64,000 nucleotides of DNA from Camelus ferus (taxonomy: Eukaryota), in assembly GCF_009834535.1 (NCBI RefSeq), contig NC_045696.1, positions 43,774,001-43,838,000 on the forward strand, read 5' to 3'. The notes below the pieces were generated by a model. It was given only the letters and a program-made list of their open reading frames with translations. It did no database searches and was not told the DNA's origin. Positions 15,001 to 28,700 of this stretch are shown here, piece by piece. How positions within the stretch are numbered: position 1 is the first letter of the stretch; every line of letters begins with the position of its first letter. The position numbers and the translations under genes were made by a program.

Positions 15001-16879
15001 GAGGAAGAACCATATCCTGGGATACGGCATGAGCAAATTACTCAAAGAAGAATTCAGAACAGTTCTAGCAGTGTTTTTGAGCATTTCCAGTTAGTGTGCC
15101 ACTGAAAGGTGGCTAACTTCCCTCACTGCAAAACTCTGAAAGTTTAATTAACAAAAATATCCTCTCAAATACAAAATCAGAGTTCCCAAATTATTGGGTT
15201 ATTTGTTATTGTTTCCTTAAAACAACACAGCAATGGATGGAAGTGTTTCTAATCAGAGATAAATTGAAAGCACGATTCAGATAGATAGGATAGTAACAAC
15301 AGAAGCCTGGGGAGTAGGATGAACCAGTATGCCCAAAATGGTAACATGTGTGTGTGTACCAGAAAGAGCATTCAAAGCCATATTAAGAAATGAAAGAATG
15401 AGTAAATGGCAGCATCAGGCAACTGTAAAGCCTATTTGTAGACTTTAAACTCAATTTTAGAGATAATGAAAAATTGTAGAAGATGCAGAAGACAGAAGAA
15501 ATATAAGAAATTACTGATATAAGAAATAACTCTTTTACCGTTACTGAAAGAGTTCAAATAAGAGAATCAAGATTTTTTAGGATGCAGTAACGACAATAAT
15601 ATTTAGCTTTTACCAAAAGAATTTTAATGTAAATTTAATTAAACATTGCATATGAGATAAGCTTTTTGGCTAAAATAGTTTTAAAAAGAGTAAATGCTAA
15701 AATAGTGCTGTTTTGGGGTTAGGGAGTGGGAGGTACAGACTGCTGGGTGTAAGATAGGCTCAAGAATGTATTGTACAACCTATCTTTAAAAATTATATAC
15801 AAATTTTAAAAACACACAAAAAACAAACCAAACAAGGCAAAACAAAAAACTCAGGGTATCTTATATGAAAAAAATAGTTCTGTTTACTCTGAAGTTAAAT
15901 TTGCTGAAGTACTATAGTCCTAAGTGTATATATAAAATCAGAGGCAAAATTTAATGTCAGAGAATATAGAAATCCTTATGAATTCAAAGGATATATTGAC
16001 AGTTAAATCTAGGATACCTCATTTTTGAACTGAATTATCTCAGAGTTTACCAGAACACAGAAATAAGAAGAAAGTGAGATACAGAGAGAATAAGTGACTT
16101 GTCCAAAGTCATAAAGCTTGTAATTGGAAAAAAAATAGAATAAAACTGTGTGTCTTTATTTTTCTTATAAAATATTTCAAACATATATACAATGTATAGA
16201 AAAATAAAATAGTCATATCCCCACTATGTATTTTTAAAAACCCTAGTATTTTGGCCATATTTGATTCAATTTTAAAAGGAATGCAATATTACATATATCA
16301 TTAAAGCCCTAGTGTGAAGCTCTATTTGTCGCTGCTGGAAACAGACCTCTTAAATGTGGTGTTTATTATTTTAAGACATATTACTTCTAAAAATAATTCA
16401 TATCCTTTGAATTCAGGAAGACATCTTGGGGTTTTCCTAATAAAATGCAAGTATTAAACTCATTTGGAACTGGTCTGAAAAGATGTTCCCAGCTGAATTT
16501 AAGTAACAGTTTTAAAGAAGTCATATCTGAATGCATACAGTCCTTCCACAGAAGTAAATTATTGTCACTTTAAAAAAAAAGAAAATGAAAACAGAACGTC
16601 CTGGACAAGCAGTCAAAGACAGCTGTATCCTACTTCCTGTTTTCATTATTACCTTCTATGACCTTAGGCAAATTACTTAATAAATCTGATTCTTCTTATC
16701 ATGGAAATATTATACAAAGTATTACTGAAGTGTTTGTCTTTCCTATGAGCAAGATGTATAAATGTGTTGTTTAAAAGGACATTGCAGCATACAAATAAAT
16801 TCATAGATCCTAGAAAACTTGACGGAAACTTGAAGATTTTAAAGGGATTTGTAAGATTTTAAGTGTTAAAAAAATGATC

Positions 16880-17765
16880 CTCACATAGATCAATGGAACA
16901 GGCTAGAGAGCCCCAAAATAAACATACACTTAGCATCAATTAATCTATGACAACGGAGGCAAGGATACACAATGGAGAAAAGACAGTCTCTTTAATAAGT
17001 GATGCTGGGAAAACTGGACAGCTACATGTAAAAGAATGAAATTAGAACAGTCCCCAACACCACATACAAAAATAAACTCAAAATGGACTAAAGACCTAAA
17101 TGTAAGACCAGATACTCTAAAACTCCTAGAGGAAAACATAGGCAGAACACTCTGATATAAACTGCAGCAACATTTTTGTGAATCTGTTTCCCAAAGTAAA
17201 GGAAATAAAAGTAAAAATAAATAAATGGGACCTAATTGAACCTTTTACACAGCAAAGGAAACATGAACAAAACCAAAAAACAACCTACTGAATGGGAGAA
17301 AATATTTGCAAATGATATAGCTGATAAGGGATTAATATCCAACATATGTAAACCGCTTATACAACTCATCAGAAAAACAAACAACCCAATTTAATAGACA
17401 TTTTTCCAAAGAGGATATGCAGATGGCCAACAGTCATATAAGAAGATGCTCAACAATGCTACTCATCAGGGAAATACAAGTCAAAACCACAATGAGGTAT
17501 CACCTCACACCTGTCAGAATGGCTATCATCAAAAAGAATGCAAATAGCAAGTGTTGGCAAGGATGTGGAGAAAATGGAACCCTTGTACACTGTTGGTAGA
17601 AATGTAAATTGGTGTAGCCACTGTGGAAAACAGTATGGAGGTTTCTCAAAAAATTTTTTAAAAAAACTACATATGACTCAGCAATTCCATTCCTCCACAT
17701 ATATTTAAAAAAACTCAGAAACGCTAATTAGAAAAGATATATGCACCTCACCATGTTCATTGCAA
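16880..17765 (+). mobile_element. L1 ORF2 3' portion
   Basis: ORF 17417-17599 [40 protein letters not shown]...CW is the canonical L1 ORF2 C-terminus. Confidence 0.95.
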
Positions 17766-17929
17766 ACAACTGTATTTTAATCAAAGGATTTTATATCCTT
17801 ATCTACAATTACAGTAAGAAGCAGTGAGTAATATACTATTTCTGAATTTCTCTGGGGGGGTGGTATTTTGTTTTCAACGTTTAGAATTAATTTAGAGACA
17901 AATCTTTAATAAAACACCTTTTCTTAGCT

Positions 17930-18410
17930 AAGTATCTTGGAAAACAAATTCAGACACAAAACTTTAGTTGAGTGTAGTTTATGTGGAACATCATCCAAGG
18001 AAGTGCAAATGAGGGAGTTGGAAAAGAAGAAAAAACAATCAAGGGTGTCTTAATGGAAAGGTCACCATTTTGACCATCTGAGAGTTTATCCCACTGGATA
18101 CTCTCAGAGGAACAGTGTAGAATACATTTCAGACTTGTTTCCTTGAAGATAAATTCCTTAGATAACTTAGGTACTAAGGCGAAGGGTTGTCTGTGGGAAT
18201 GTTAAATCCCGGCACTGGACTGCTATCTTCTTTATCGGCTGAATGAGCCTCTATGGCTCAGGAGAAAGCTCCCAGGAGGAGAAGCAGAGAGATACAGGCT
18301 CCCTTTGAGGAGAGAAGCCTTCAGCATAGACAGGAAATTTCCACGGCAGCAGCAGGGAAACTTCCAGATAGAAGGAATTTGGATAGGGCTGGGAAATCAC
18401 AGCATGTTAT
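17930..18410. mobile_element. MaLR (MLT1-type) solo LTR
   Basis: 'ttcagacacaaaac...tagtttatgtggaac...ccaaggaag...tgagggag' resembles old MLT1 LTRs. Confidence 0.55.
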
Positions 18411-19174
18411 ACAAGCAAAGGGAGTGCTACTTTTACTCTCTAACACCAAAAGTTAATGCAAGTATTATAAATCATGACAACTAAAACTGTAACTAATGAA
18501 AATCAAGAGGTGCAACAAAGAAAAAATGACTTACAATAGTGAAAACAACCTTTTAAGAACTAAAATGTGTAACAACAAGGTTGGGAGTTGGGTAGGTGAG
18601 AGAAAAGGTAGGAGGTAACATAGTGCACCCCATTCTGTGCTTTTTCAGTCTGGACTATAGATACTCACTTCCACAGTTGGTGCACTCATAAACAGAGCTA
18701 TAAAGGCATTAGCATTACTTCACCTTATAATGGTAGTATCCATCAGAAAAATTAAACTTGGAAATATTAACCATGATTTCCTCTGGGGAGTTAGAATGGG
18801 CTTGGGAATTATTAACACAGAAAATAATTCTTTGCCATTTTATAATTATTTTCTAAAATCATGCGAGCTCATCAGTTAATTTTTGATTTTCACAGAAGTT
18901 AACTGAGGGACATGGAGAAGTGGAGAGCGTAAGGTTGCATTATATGATGATGACATAGACTGGGTTTGAATAAAGTCTCATGATTTACAAACTCAAACCT
19001 TGTTTATTCTGTATAAGTCACTCACCTAATTTTTATATAAAAAGGATTAAAAATTATTCTTAAATTGAGATTTATTTTACAGGACATATTTGATATTAAA
19101 TGGTAATCCTAATTTGATTCCTAAGCTTTTGGTTTTCTTCTCTTGTTTATATTAATCATTTCAGATGGAAAGTA

Positions 19175-19410
19175 TTACTTTTTAAAATATTTAAAAAATA
19201 AATTTTGGTTTCAAACCACAGAAGCATCTATGATAGTGTAATTGAGGCAGCAAACCACTTCACTGTAAGCTATTTACTTGGGTGACCCTAGCACAACTAA
19301 TAAAACTGAAGGCAGTTTTCCTGATAATGACTTTTGATCAAAATTTCTGTACAGTTTCCCAAAAGGGCACATTTTTTGATTGTAGAATCTATATTGAAAG
19401 AAAAATAAAG
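19175..19410 (+). repeat. Left arm of a ~235-bp inverted repeat; duplicated 5' end of the deaminase-like pseudogene at 22455
   Basis: About 88-90% identical by hand count to the reverse complement of 22266-22500; carries acceptor-like 'aaaccacag|AAGCATCT ATG' (ATG 19230) and reads AIYLGDPSTTNKTEGSFPDNDF*SKFLYSFPKGHIF. Confidence 0.95.
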
Positions 19411-22400
19411 AGACTAGGAACAAGGCAAAATTATTTTTGAAATTTTTACTAACCACTTCCTAGGAAATTGTACACAGTAGAACATTTCTGCTTCTCTTAC
19501 TCATGCAACGTTATCGTCTTTCTCTTGTACAGTGTGTTCCTTAAAGAGCTATTGGGTAACTCTTTGTCCTAGAAATGAAATGTATGGTAGTAGTTGAAGG
19601 CACATAGGAATACTTTGATATTGAAAGTGATATTGGAAAACAGAGTAACTGTAAAATAGGGGGGAAAGAGCAATTTTTATCATATTGACATGAAATGTTA
19701 TATTTTCTCTTTTTTTACATGTTACTTATAGGAAATATAGGTTTAATTTATTGATGGTTTGACATTTGAAACAAGTTGAGTAACAATGTTATATTTTCAA
19801 GCCTGGAAATATTGCTTGATAATGTCCCTCTTTTTTAATGAAAACAATGCAAGAAATATGGAATGGAAACTTATCCTTTCTCCCTCTCTCATTGTCTCTA
19901 TGATGTTCTTAAGTCAGGGGTTACATTGTTTTTAATTTTACAATTATTATGTTATAAATATAACACAAGAATTAAGAATTCAGTTTTCAAAAAATTCAGT
20001 GTTTCAGAAGAGCAAAAAAAAAAAAGAATTGTAAAGGTAGCCAATTTCACCACTAACCACCTGACCTCTGATACTGAGTCCTAATCCACAAGTTAAACAT
20101 TTTTAACCTTTTCTGGTTTGGGGTTTTCAAATGGCTACTCCCTTTATTGATTTATTGTTTTTATACATTATTTATTATCTCTCCTAATTGAAGCTTGAAG
20201 ATTTACTATTGATCTCATACCTCACATTTATTTTTCATTCTCCTTCCAATTTTTTAATAATACTTAGTTTCTAGATCTTGTGTCTTTATAATTCTAAGAT
20301 ACATATTATAGCTCCACTTTCTTATCTCTCAATTTTAAACACATCATATATATTAAACCTTAATTATCCAAAATAGGACAAACATCACTCTTGCCACTCT
20401 TTCACTCAGTTTTCTCTGCTCCTGAATTTCATCTGTTGTCCATTACATTATTCTCATAGCTGAGATATTCACATGCACATGCATAATCGGTTTGTATATG
20501 CAAACCCCCTATGCTTTAACTATAATTTCATTGCAAAAATCAGAAACAATTTCATTCATTTTTTTAGATCAGAAATAAGTAAATGTGTAAGGAAATCCTT
20601 AAACCACTATGTTAAGGAGACTATTCCAAGAATCAAAGTTAGTACACTTCTTACGCACAATTCAACAGTTGTTCTAAATTTAGCTTCTTTGCATTTGGCC
20701 CTTTATGATTTTTAATTACTTTATCTTGTTCTTTTTCAGAGATAATGGATATGCTTTTACCTAATCATTGTAGGAATCATATGCCTTAGTCATATAATTT
20801 CCTTGCCTTTATTTTTTCACTATTTTATTTATTTTTTAAAATTTTAGCAATTATATTTTTATTGCTAAAATTCTCTTATTACATGGTGTCTCACTCATAT
20901 TATACTTTTCTTATATTTCAAATGACTTACCTTTTTTCATATTCTAGTAATATAATTTTTTTTAAATGATCTTCTCTTCCTTTATTTCTATTTCATTATT
21001 CTGGAATCTATTACATGTTTTCATCTTGAATTGTCTTCTTGTTGATTTTCCTCAAATGTTCAGGGATACTTGGCAATCCAATTATAGCTGTAAATAGAAG
21101 TCTAAACTAGATAGAAAAATATAGGCCAGGATTCCTCTGTTATTGTATAAATCTGTTCCCAAATAGGTCCTTCCATCAGGAATGGAGCTCTGTAAGCATA
21201 ATGAGGTCATACAAGTTGGCAACACAAGCTACAGAAAGGGAGCAGAAAAATTAATTGTGTACCAAAATACAGTCCTTGAATTAACTACTCTTAATTGTTC
21301 TCCATAATTCTTTGACCTGCAAACTAGGGGCAAGATGATTAATCAGGGTTTAAAAAGAGTACTAGACTAATACTTTAATTTTAATTCAATTTAATTTTAA
21401 TATCATTAAAAATATCTTTATTTTGCACATATATATATAATTAAATATCTGTGTGTATATATTTTTTTCAAAAAGCACATAATTAAAAACCAATAGTGTT
21501 GAATAATACGTTTTTAGAAAGTCACTGCTATACTCATTCATGTGCATACTCTTTATTTTGAGCTAAGAAGGTTTTTTTCTAATGAAGAATACTATTCTAA
21601 TGATTTTTATTAGCATTATTGCTATTTTTTTGTTCTTTCTCATAGGTTCTCCACATAGTTATGGATTCATTCTTTTTTTAACAGATGCACTATTTATTCA
21701 GTGAGAATTGTAGATAAATGATTTATAAATATGTTTACTTTGTCCAGCACTAGTATCAGAAGCCTCAAAAATCTTTTCAAGGAGATGTTAGATTCAATTT
21801 TTGTTAAGCCTTAAGAACTTAAGTCTTTAGTAAAATATGGAATATAAGGCAGAGAGATGCAGGATTTGAGGAGAAGAGGCAAGGAAGGACCAGTTCCAGA
21901 AAGACTTTGAATATTGAGGTTGCTTCTTTCATGGGTATTTGGTATTATACCTAACAGAAAGAAAGCAAAATGCAGTCCAACTATCCTTTTAAACCTCTTC
22001 AAATGAGCTACAAAATGCATAGTCCATTGTTTTGTTTATGTAGTCTTACACAGTAACATGTAGGTAAAAGTGTGCAGTGAATACAGACATAGGATGATAT
22101 AATTCCATGGAAGGCTGTATTGAAATTAAATCCTTCAAGTATTTTATCCTTTGGAATATTTCTTCAAATTACTGAAGATTCCAACTGGCTTTCTTCTTCT
22201 GTTTTGCACTTATTTTTGTTTTATTCAGGCAGATGTATTCTTCCAAGTTTTCAAAAGTCTTTATATTTACTTTTTTTCTTTCAGTATAAATTCTACTGTC
22301 AAAAATGTGCCCATTTGGGAAACTGTACATAAATTTTGATCATAACTCATCATCAGGAAAACTGCTTTCAGTTTTATTAGTTGTGCCATGGTTACCCAAG

Positions 22401-22455
22401 TAAATAGCTTACAGAAAGTTGGTTTCCTGCCTCAATTGCACTAGCATAGATGCTT
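19410..22455 (-). pseudogene. APOBEC4-like multi-domain deaminase pseudogene (copy M2), split by an old L1-like insert
   Basis: One frame from ATG 22447: MLVQLRQETNFL*AIYLGNHGT...YSFPNGHIF...IKTFENL...QKKKAS...FEEIFQRIKYLKDLI versus APOBEC4 EYLANHGT / FGFPYGTTF / HLTFYEL / QKGHAS / PESMLFEMNGYLDSAI; second unit at 19860-19700 (HISCIVF...KLNLYFL). Confidence 0.7.
19900..21300 (-). mobile_element. Ancient L1-like (L1ME/HAL1-type) fragments
   Basis: T-rich degraded LINE-like text ('ctggaatctattacatg', 'ttcctcaaatgttcagggatacttgg'); family uncertain. Confidence 0.45.
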
Positions 22456-22500
22456 CTGTGTTTTGAAACCAAAATTTATTATTTAAATATTTGAAAAACT
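22266..22500 (-). repeat. Right arm of the ~235-bp inverted repeat
   Basis: Reverse complement of 19175-19410; ORF track shows matching peptides FFFQYRFYNQK (19274-19456 -) and FFFQYKFYCQK (22120-22332 +). Confidence 0.95.
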
Positions 22501-22679
22501 AAAAGTTTGGCAGTCATCTCATGCTTAGTTAACTAGCCTCTACTGTAGCCTTTCTGAAGTCCCCTAACTAATCCATGGTGGAAAAATAGTCTTTTAAAAG
22601 TAGATGTAAATATACTGTTCCTAAATATAAGAATATAATAAGTATTCATGTTATGTAAGATCAAAACATACTTTAAAAA

Positions 22680-25600
22680 ATGAATGTCCAACTTCCAGTT
22701 TCCACTCCAGCATTTAAGGAGCTGGGAAGTCATCACTCCATTCTAATAACAAGTAAAAAGCTGAACAAACTGAAAAATCAAAAGCTTCTTAGATCTGTTA
22801 GAGAAATGAAGTCACAGGGCAAACCACTGCTCCCAAAATTGGAGGGGCAGCCACGTGGATACAGAGAAATACAATTTACTGGAGTAGAAACCTCCAGAGA
22901 ATCAATACTGGGCTAGGAAAACCTGAACTGTAACTGATGAATTGCTGGAGGCTCAGTGTGGACAAATCTGAGATTTTAAACTCTTGGGGGCTCCAGTAAT
23001 AGAAAGAACTCACAATTTCTTCAGTTTCACCTCCAGGAACCCAATCAGATTCTCATATGGAAGACCAGAGAAAAATCCCAATCCCTCAGCTTCCAGCAGA
23101 GGGAGAGAAAAGTAACCACTTTGAAATATAGCAGAACATTCTTTCTTCTTAACTAGGTCTGCCCTCAAGAGAAACGATTTTATCAGAGCCTTAACCTACT
23201 GGAGTTTTATCAGACCCTAACTGAAATAACGGAAGGGAAATAACTCCAGCTCCCTCTAACTTTCCATGTGAAGGAAGAGAAAAGCATACACTACACCCTT
23301 CTAGCCATCTGGTCTCACCTAAGGTGGGGAGGTTTTGGGACTCACTTGTGAAGTTAACAAACGAATCACTAAAAGACTGACACCTAATCATAGGACTACA
23401 CAACACTTCCTCTTCCCTGCATCTTACCACCACATTACTAATGTGGCCTATTTATGACACTTCCTTTTATCTGGTAAATCATGTCTAGCTATCAAGAAAA
23501 CATTACAAATCACACTAAACATCAAAAAAACACAGTTTGAAGAAACTGAGTGAACATTAGAACCAGATTCAGATTATAGAAAGAATTTTGACTCATCAGA
23601 TCAGGAAATTTTTAAAACTATGATTAATATGCTAGGAGATTTCCTGGAAAAGGGCGAGAATGTGCAGGAATAGATTTGTAAAATAAGCAAAGAGGTGGAA
23701 ATTTTAAGAAAAAAATCAAAAAGAAATGCTAGAGATTAAAAACACTGTAACAGAAATGAAGAAGACCTTTGATGGGCTCATTAGTAGACTGGACAAGACT
23801 TAAAAAAGTGACTCTCTCTGAGCTTGATGTTATGACAAAAGACACAACCAGAACTAAAAACAAACAAACAAAAAAAACCAAGAGATAAAAGGAAAAAAAG
23901 AGAAGAAAACCAAGAATGGTGAGAGAACTACAAAAGGCACAATATAAACAAAATGTGAATACCAGAAGGGGAATAAATGAAGAAGAAACTGAAGAAGTAT
24001 CTGAAGCAATTCTGAAAATTAATGTCAAACAACAAACCACAGATCCGGGAAACTCACAGAACACTAAGCAGGATAAATGACTAAAAACTAAGCCTAGGTA
24101 TATCATAGCTAACTACAGAAAATCAAAGATAAAGAAAAAATCTTGAAAGAAGCCAGAGAGGGAAACCCTGGTTCCGCAGAAACCCTGGAAGCAAGGAGAG
24201 AATGGAGTGAAGTATTTAAAGTATTAAAAAGAAAAAACCTGCAAACCTAGAATTCTGCAACCTGCAAAATTATTCTTCTAAATGAAGAGAATAAATACTT
24301 ACTCAGACAACAAAATGAAGATAATGTGTTGTCAGTAGACCTGCCAGGCAAGAAATATTAAAAGAAGTTATTCAGAGAGCAGTAAAATGATATAGATCAG
24401 AAAGCCAGATCTACATAAAGAATAAAACAGCATTGGATAAATGAGGTAAAATTAAAACTTTTATTTTTATTTGTCTTATTATTAATTGATCTAAGAGACA
24501 ACAGTTTGTTCAGAATAATAATAGCAGCAGTGTCTATGAATATACATATTTATATATTTACATTTTATATATTATATATATATACAAATACACATACATG
24601 CTTGTATATACTTATATATAAATGAAGTGAATGACAGCAATGATACAAAAAACAAGACATAGGAAGAATCAGGAATGCCATTATTATAAGTATGTGTATT
24701 ACCTGTGAAGCAGTATAGTGTTATTTGAAAGCAGATTTGTATTAGTTGTAAATGTATACTGCAAACCCTAGGGAAACCATTAATAAAAGTTTAAAAAGTA
24801 TAATTGTATAACTGATATTCTAAGAAGGAGATAAAATATAATCATATAAAATGCTTAATTAAGACTATAAAAGGCAGAAAAAGAGTGTAAGACAAAATAG
24901 GAACTAAGAACAAAGGCAATGAATGAAAAACACAGTAACAAGTGTGGTAGACATTTACTCAACAATATCAATAATCACATTAAATGTCAATGGTCTAAAT
25001 ATATCAATTCAAACACAGAGATTATTAAAGTGGATAAAAAAAAAAGACCCAATCATATGTTGTCTACAAGAAATCTACTTTAAACCAAAAAGACATGTAG
25101 ATGAAATGTAATTGGACAGAAAAAGACACACCATCCAAACACTAATCAAAAGAAAGCAAGAGTAACTATACTGAAGTAAATCTTACTAAAGATTTCAAAA
25201 AAGAGGAATGTTACCAGGAATAAAGAGAGAGGAGCTTTATATAATGATAAAGAGATTAATTCTCTAAGAAGACTTAACAATCCTTAATGTGTATGTACCT
25301 TAACACAGAATGTCAAAACATATCATACAAAAACTGAAAAAACTGCAAGGAGAAATAGATGAATCCACCATCTATTTGGAGACTTCAATACCTTTCTATC
25401 AGAAATAAACCCAACAAGCAGAAAATCAGTAAGAACACAGTTAAACTGAACAACACCATCAATCAACTGGATATAGCTGATATTTTTAGATATACTTCAA
25501 GCAACAATAGTAGAATACACATTCTTCTCAAGAACACATGCAGTATTCACTAAGAGAGACCATATTCTGGACCATTAAAAAAAAAACTGAACAAATTTAA

Positions 25601-26760
25601 AAGTACAGAAATCATAGTGTCTGGTTCTAGCCCACAATGTAACTGAATTAGACATCAGTAATAGGAAATTAACTACAAAATCCCCAAATACTTGGAGATT
25701 AAGTAACACTCTTCTAAATAACGCATGAGTAAAAAAGAAATTTGAAGAGAAATTTTAAAATATTTTGAACTAAATGAAAGTGAAATCATAAATTTCCAAA
25801 ATTTGTGGGACACAAAAAATTTAGTGCTTAGATAAAAATTTATAGCATTTGGATGCATAGATTAGGAAAGAAGAAACCTCCAAAATCAATCATCTAAGTT
25901 TCTATTTTAGGAAACTTGGAAAAAAAAGAAAAGAAAATTAAATCCAAACCAAGCAGAAAATTAAATAATAAAAATTAGAACAGCAACTATATATAAAAAT
26001 AGACTTAAAAAGCCAACTTTCTTCTGTATAGCACAGGGAATGATTTTTAATATTTTGTAATAACCTTTAATGAAAAAGAATATGAAAATGAACATATGTA
26101 TGCATATGCATGACTGGAACATTGTTCTGTACACCAGAAATTGACACATTGTAACTGACTGTATGTCAATTAAAAAATATATATATACACATACACAAAA
26201 AGAAATCAAAAAAATTGAAAGCAGGAAATTAATAGAGAAAATCAATGAAACCAAAACCTGATTCTTTGAAAAGATCAATAAAATCATTAAGTGTCTAGTG
26301 TGACAAACTAAGAAAAAAGAGGATACAAATTACTAAAATCAGAAATGAAAAAGAAGGATCATTATAAATTTCATGGACATTAAAGTATAATAAAGGAATA
26401 CAATGAACAAGTCTATGCTCCCAAAATTTAATAACATAGATGAAATGAATCAATTCCTTGAAAGACACATCTGCCAAAGCTCACACAAGGAGAAATAGAC
26501 CATTCAAACTGACATATATCTTATGAAGAAATTGAATCAGTAATTAATAATCTCTGAAAACAAAGTACCAGACCCAGATGGGTTCACTGGTGAATTCTAG
26601 TCAACATTTAAGGGAGAAATTATACCAATTCTCTATTATCATTGTCAGAAGACAAAAGCATAGAGAATACTTCCTAACTAATTTGAGAAGGCAGAATTTC
26701 CCTAATACCAAAACTGAATAAGACACTGCAAAAAAAGAAAGTTACAAACCAATGTATACT
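22680..26760 (+). mobile_element. L1 with 5' UTR, ORF1 and ORF2 endonuclease to RT start, decayed
   Basis: ORF 24923-25111 ISIITLNVNGLN...WIKKKDPIICCLQE is the L1 endonuclease N-terminus; 'ccagacccagatgggttcactggtgaattc' is the PGPDGF region. Confidence 0.95.
25987..26180 (+). mobile_element. Short young L1 3' tail nested in the older L1
   Basis: 'tatagcacaggga...tgcatgactggaacattgttctgtacaccagaaattgacacattgtaactgactgtatgtcaattaaaaaa'. Confidence 0.85.
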
Positions 26761-26889
26761 TTAATAAGATGAATGTAGAATAAAAACATGAGAAGAGTAT
26801 AAAGTCAGTTGATAATTCTCTCTAGTGCAGAAACAAGGTAATTATCTGTTACTATATAAAAATTCAGAAGGCATATTTCCTGAAGCTAG

Positions 26890-28700
26890 ACTTCATTCAA
26901 TCTTTCAAAAATACATATTATGCAAATAGAACAGGTTTAGCACTTTTCTGAGATGGAGGGCACCAGACAGTGAAGCATACAAATGAAGCCTTTATCTTCA
27001 CTGGTCTTACATTCTAGTAGAGAAGAATAACCTGGTAATCACACACATGATAGTTTAACTTGACATGCGGTGATAACTGCTATGAAGGAAACAAAGCTAA
27101 GCAATGGAGATAAAAAAAATGAAAGGAATACAACTTATACAGGATGGATGGTATAGACATTCTGATAATCTGATATTTAAGCAGAGGCCTGATGAAATAA
27201 AGACAAAAATCATAAAGATATTTAAGGAATATGCCTTCTAGAAAAAAAAAGTATTAAGTGCAAAGTAAGAAGCATGTGACTGCTTGGTGAATCTGAAGAA
27301 CAACAAAGATGTTAATGCCACTGAAACAAAGAAAGTGAAGAAAATGAGATAGTGAGGGAATTATGTCTAGCACCTACAGGGCCTCATGACTCAGTTTAAG
27401 AACTTTAGCTCTTACTTTCAGTGAGATGGGGAGTTTTGGGGGGATTTGAAAAGACGTGATCAAGCTTCCCTACAGTTGTGTCAGAATGGACAAATCTGTC
27501 AGAATGGACAAAAGGAACACAACTGAAAGCAGAACGAAAACTCATTAAGCTATTGCAATAACCTTGGTGAGAGAAGATGGTATTTTGACCATTATGGTAG
27601 TCACAGTGGTGGTGTGAAGTAGTTTGAGTCCAGATATATTTTGTAGGTAAAGCTGAATGACTGAATAATGAGTGTCACAGGAAGAGAGAAGTCAAAGAGG
27701 ACTCCAAGGTTTATTGATCAAGCAACTGTGAAATACATGTGTTATTTGTAGAAATGAAAAAGGTTAAGTGGAGAAGGATTCTGGGTAGAAATCAGGAATT
27801 CAGCAACAAATGTTAATTTTGAGAAGCCTGTTAGATATCCAAGTACATGTGTTCACCGGGTATGTGATATATGCCCATATTTTCATAAAGAGTTCTTGTC
27901 TGAAGATACTGAAGTGAATGAGATCATTTAAAATGTTAGGAGAGATTTGAAAAAAAAAATAGAATAGGCCAGAGTACTAAATCCAGAATCACACAAAAAT
28001 TTAGAGGTTTGGTAAAGAAAGAAATCAGCAAATGAGGCTAGACTGGGTGAAGTAGTTACAAAACCAAGAGAGTGATATCTCAGAATCCAAATGAAGAAAG
28101 TCTTCCAAGAAGAAATCACTAACTGACTGTGTAAAATATCACTGGGTGTCTAATATAATGCAACTGAAATTTACCCACTGAGTTAAATAAGAAGACTTTT
28201 GGTGACTTAACGGTATTATCAGCAGGATGGTCATGACAAAAGCTTCACTGGTTCAACCTTAAAAGAAAGGAACAGGAGAGAAAATGAAGACAACTACTTT
28301 GGGAGTTATGCTGCAAAATAAAGCAGAAAAATAGTTTGGTAGATGAAAGCAGTTAAAGGAGGCATTTAAGAGGCTTTTTTTTTAATGTGAGGTATTAGAT
28401 GTTTATGCTGATGAAAATTAGGAGCAAGGGAAATGCTGGTGATGCTGAAGATGATAACCTAGAATAAAAAGAGTGAATAGGTTCCAGTACAAAAGTGAAG
28501 GAGTCAGTCTTACATCAGTGTATGTAATTACCAAAAATAATGCAAAGCTGGAAGGCAGGATATATTAGAGTATATAGGGGCTGAGAGATGTGTTGGGAGA
28601 AACAAGCAGACCTTTTTTTTCCAATTGTTCCTATTTTCTTAATAGAAAGCAAGGTCATCAGGTGAGAGTGAAGAGGAGAGAAAATGTTTGGAGGTTTGAG
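26890..28700 (-). mobile_element. L2 LINE
   Basis: Starts with the reverse complement of the L2 3' tail ('ttcattcaat'); typical antisense L2 text ('agtcaaagaggactccaaggttt', 'gagatggggagttttgg'). Confidence 0.8.

Noticed and set aside
19175..22500. Inverted repeats as DNA-transposon TIRs
   Set aside because: No TSD or known terminal motif; the arm sequence reads in frame into the unique deaminase-like sequence.
27477..27512. 16-bp direct repeat tgtcagaatggacaaa x2
   Set aside because: Simple local tandem duplication inside an L2.
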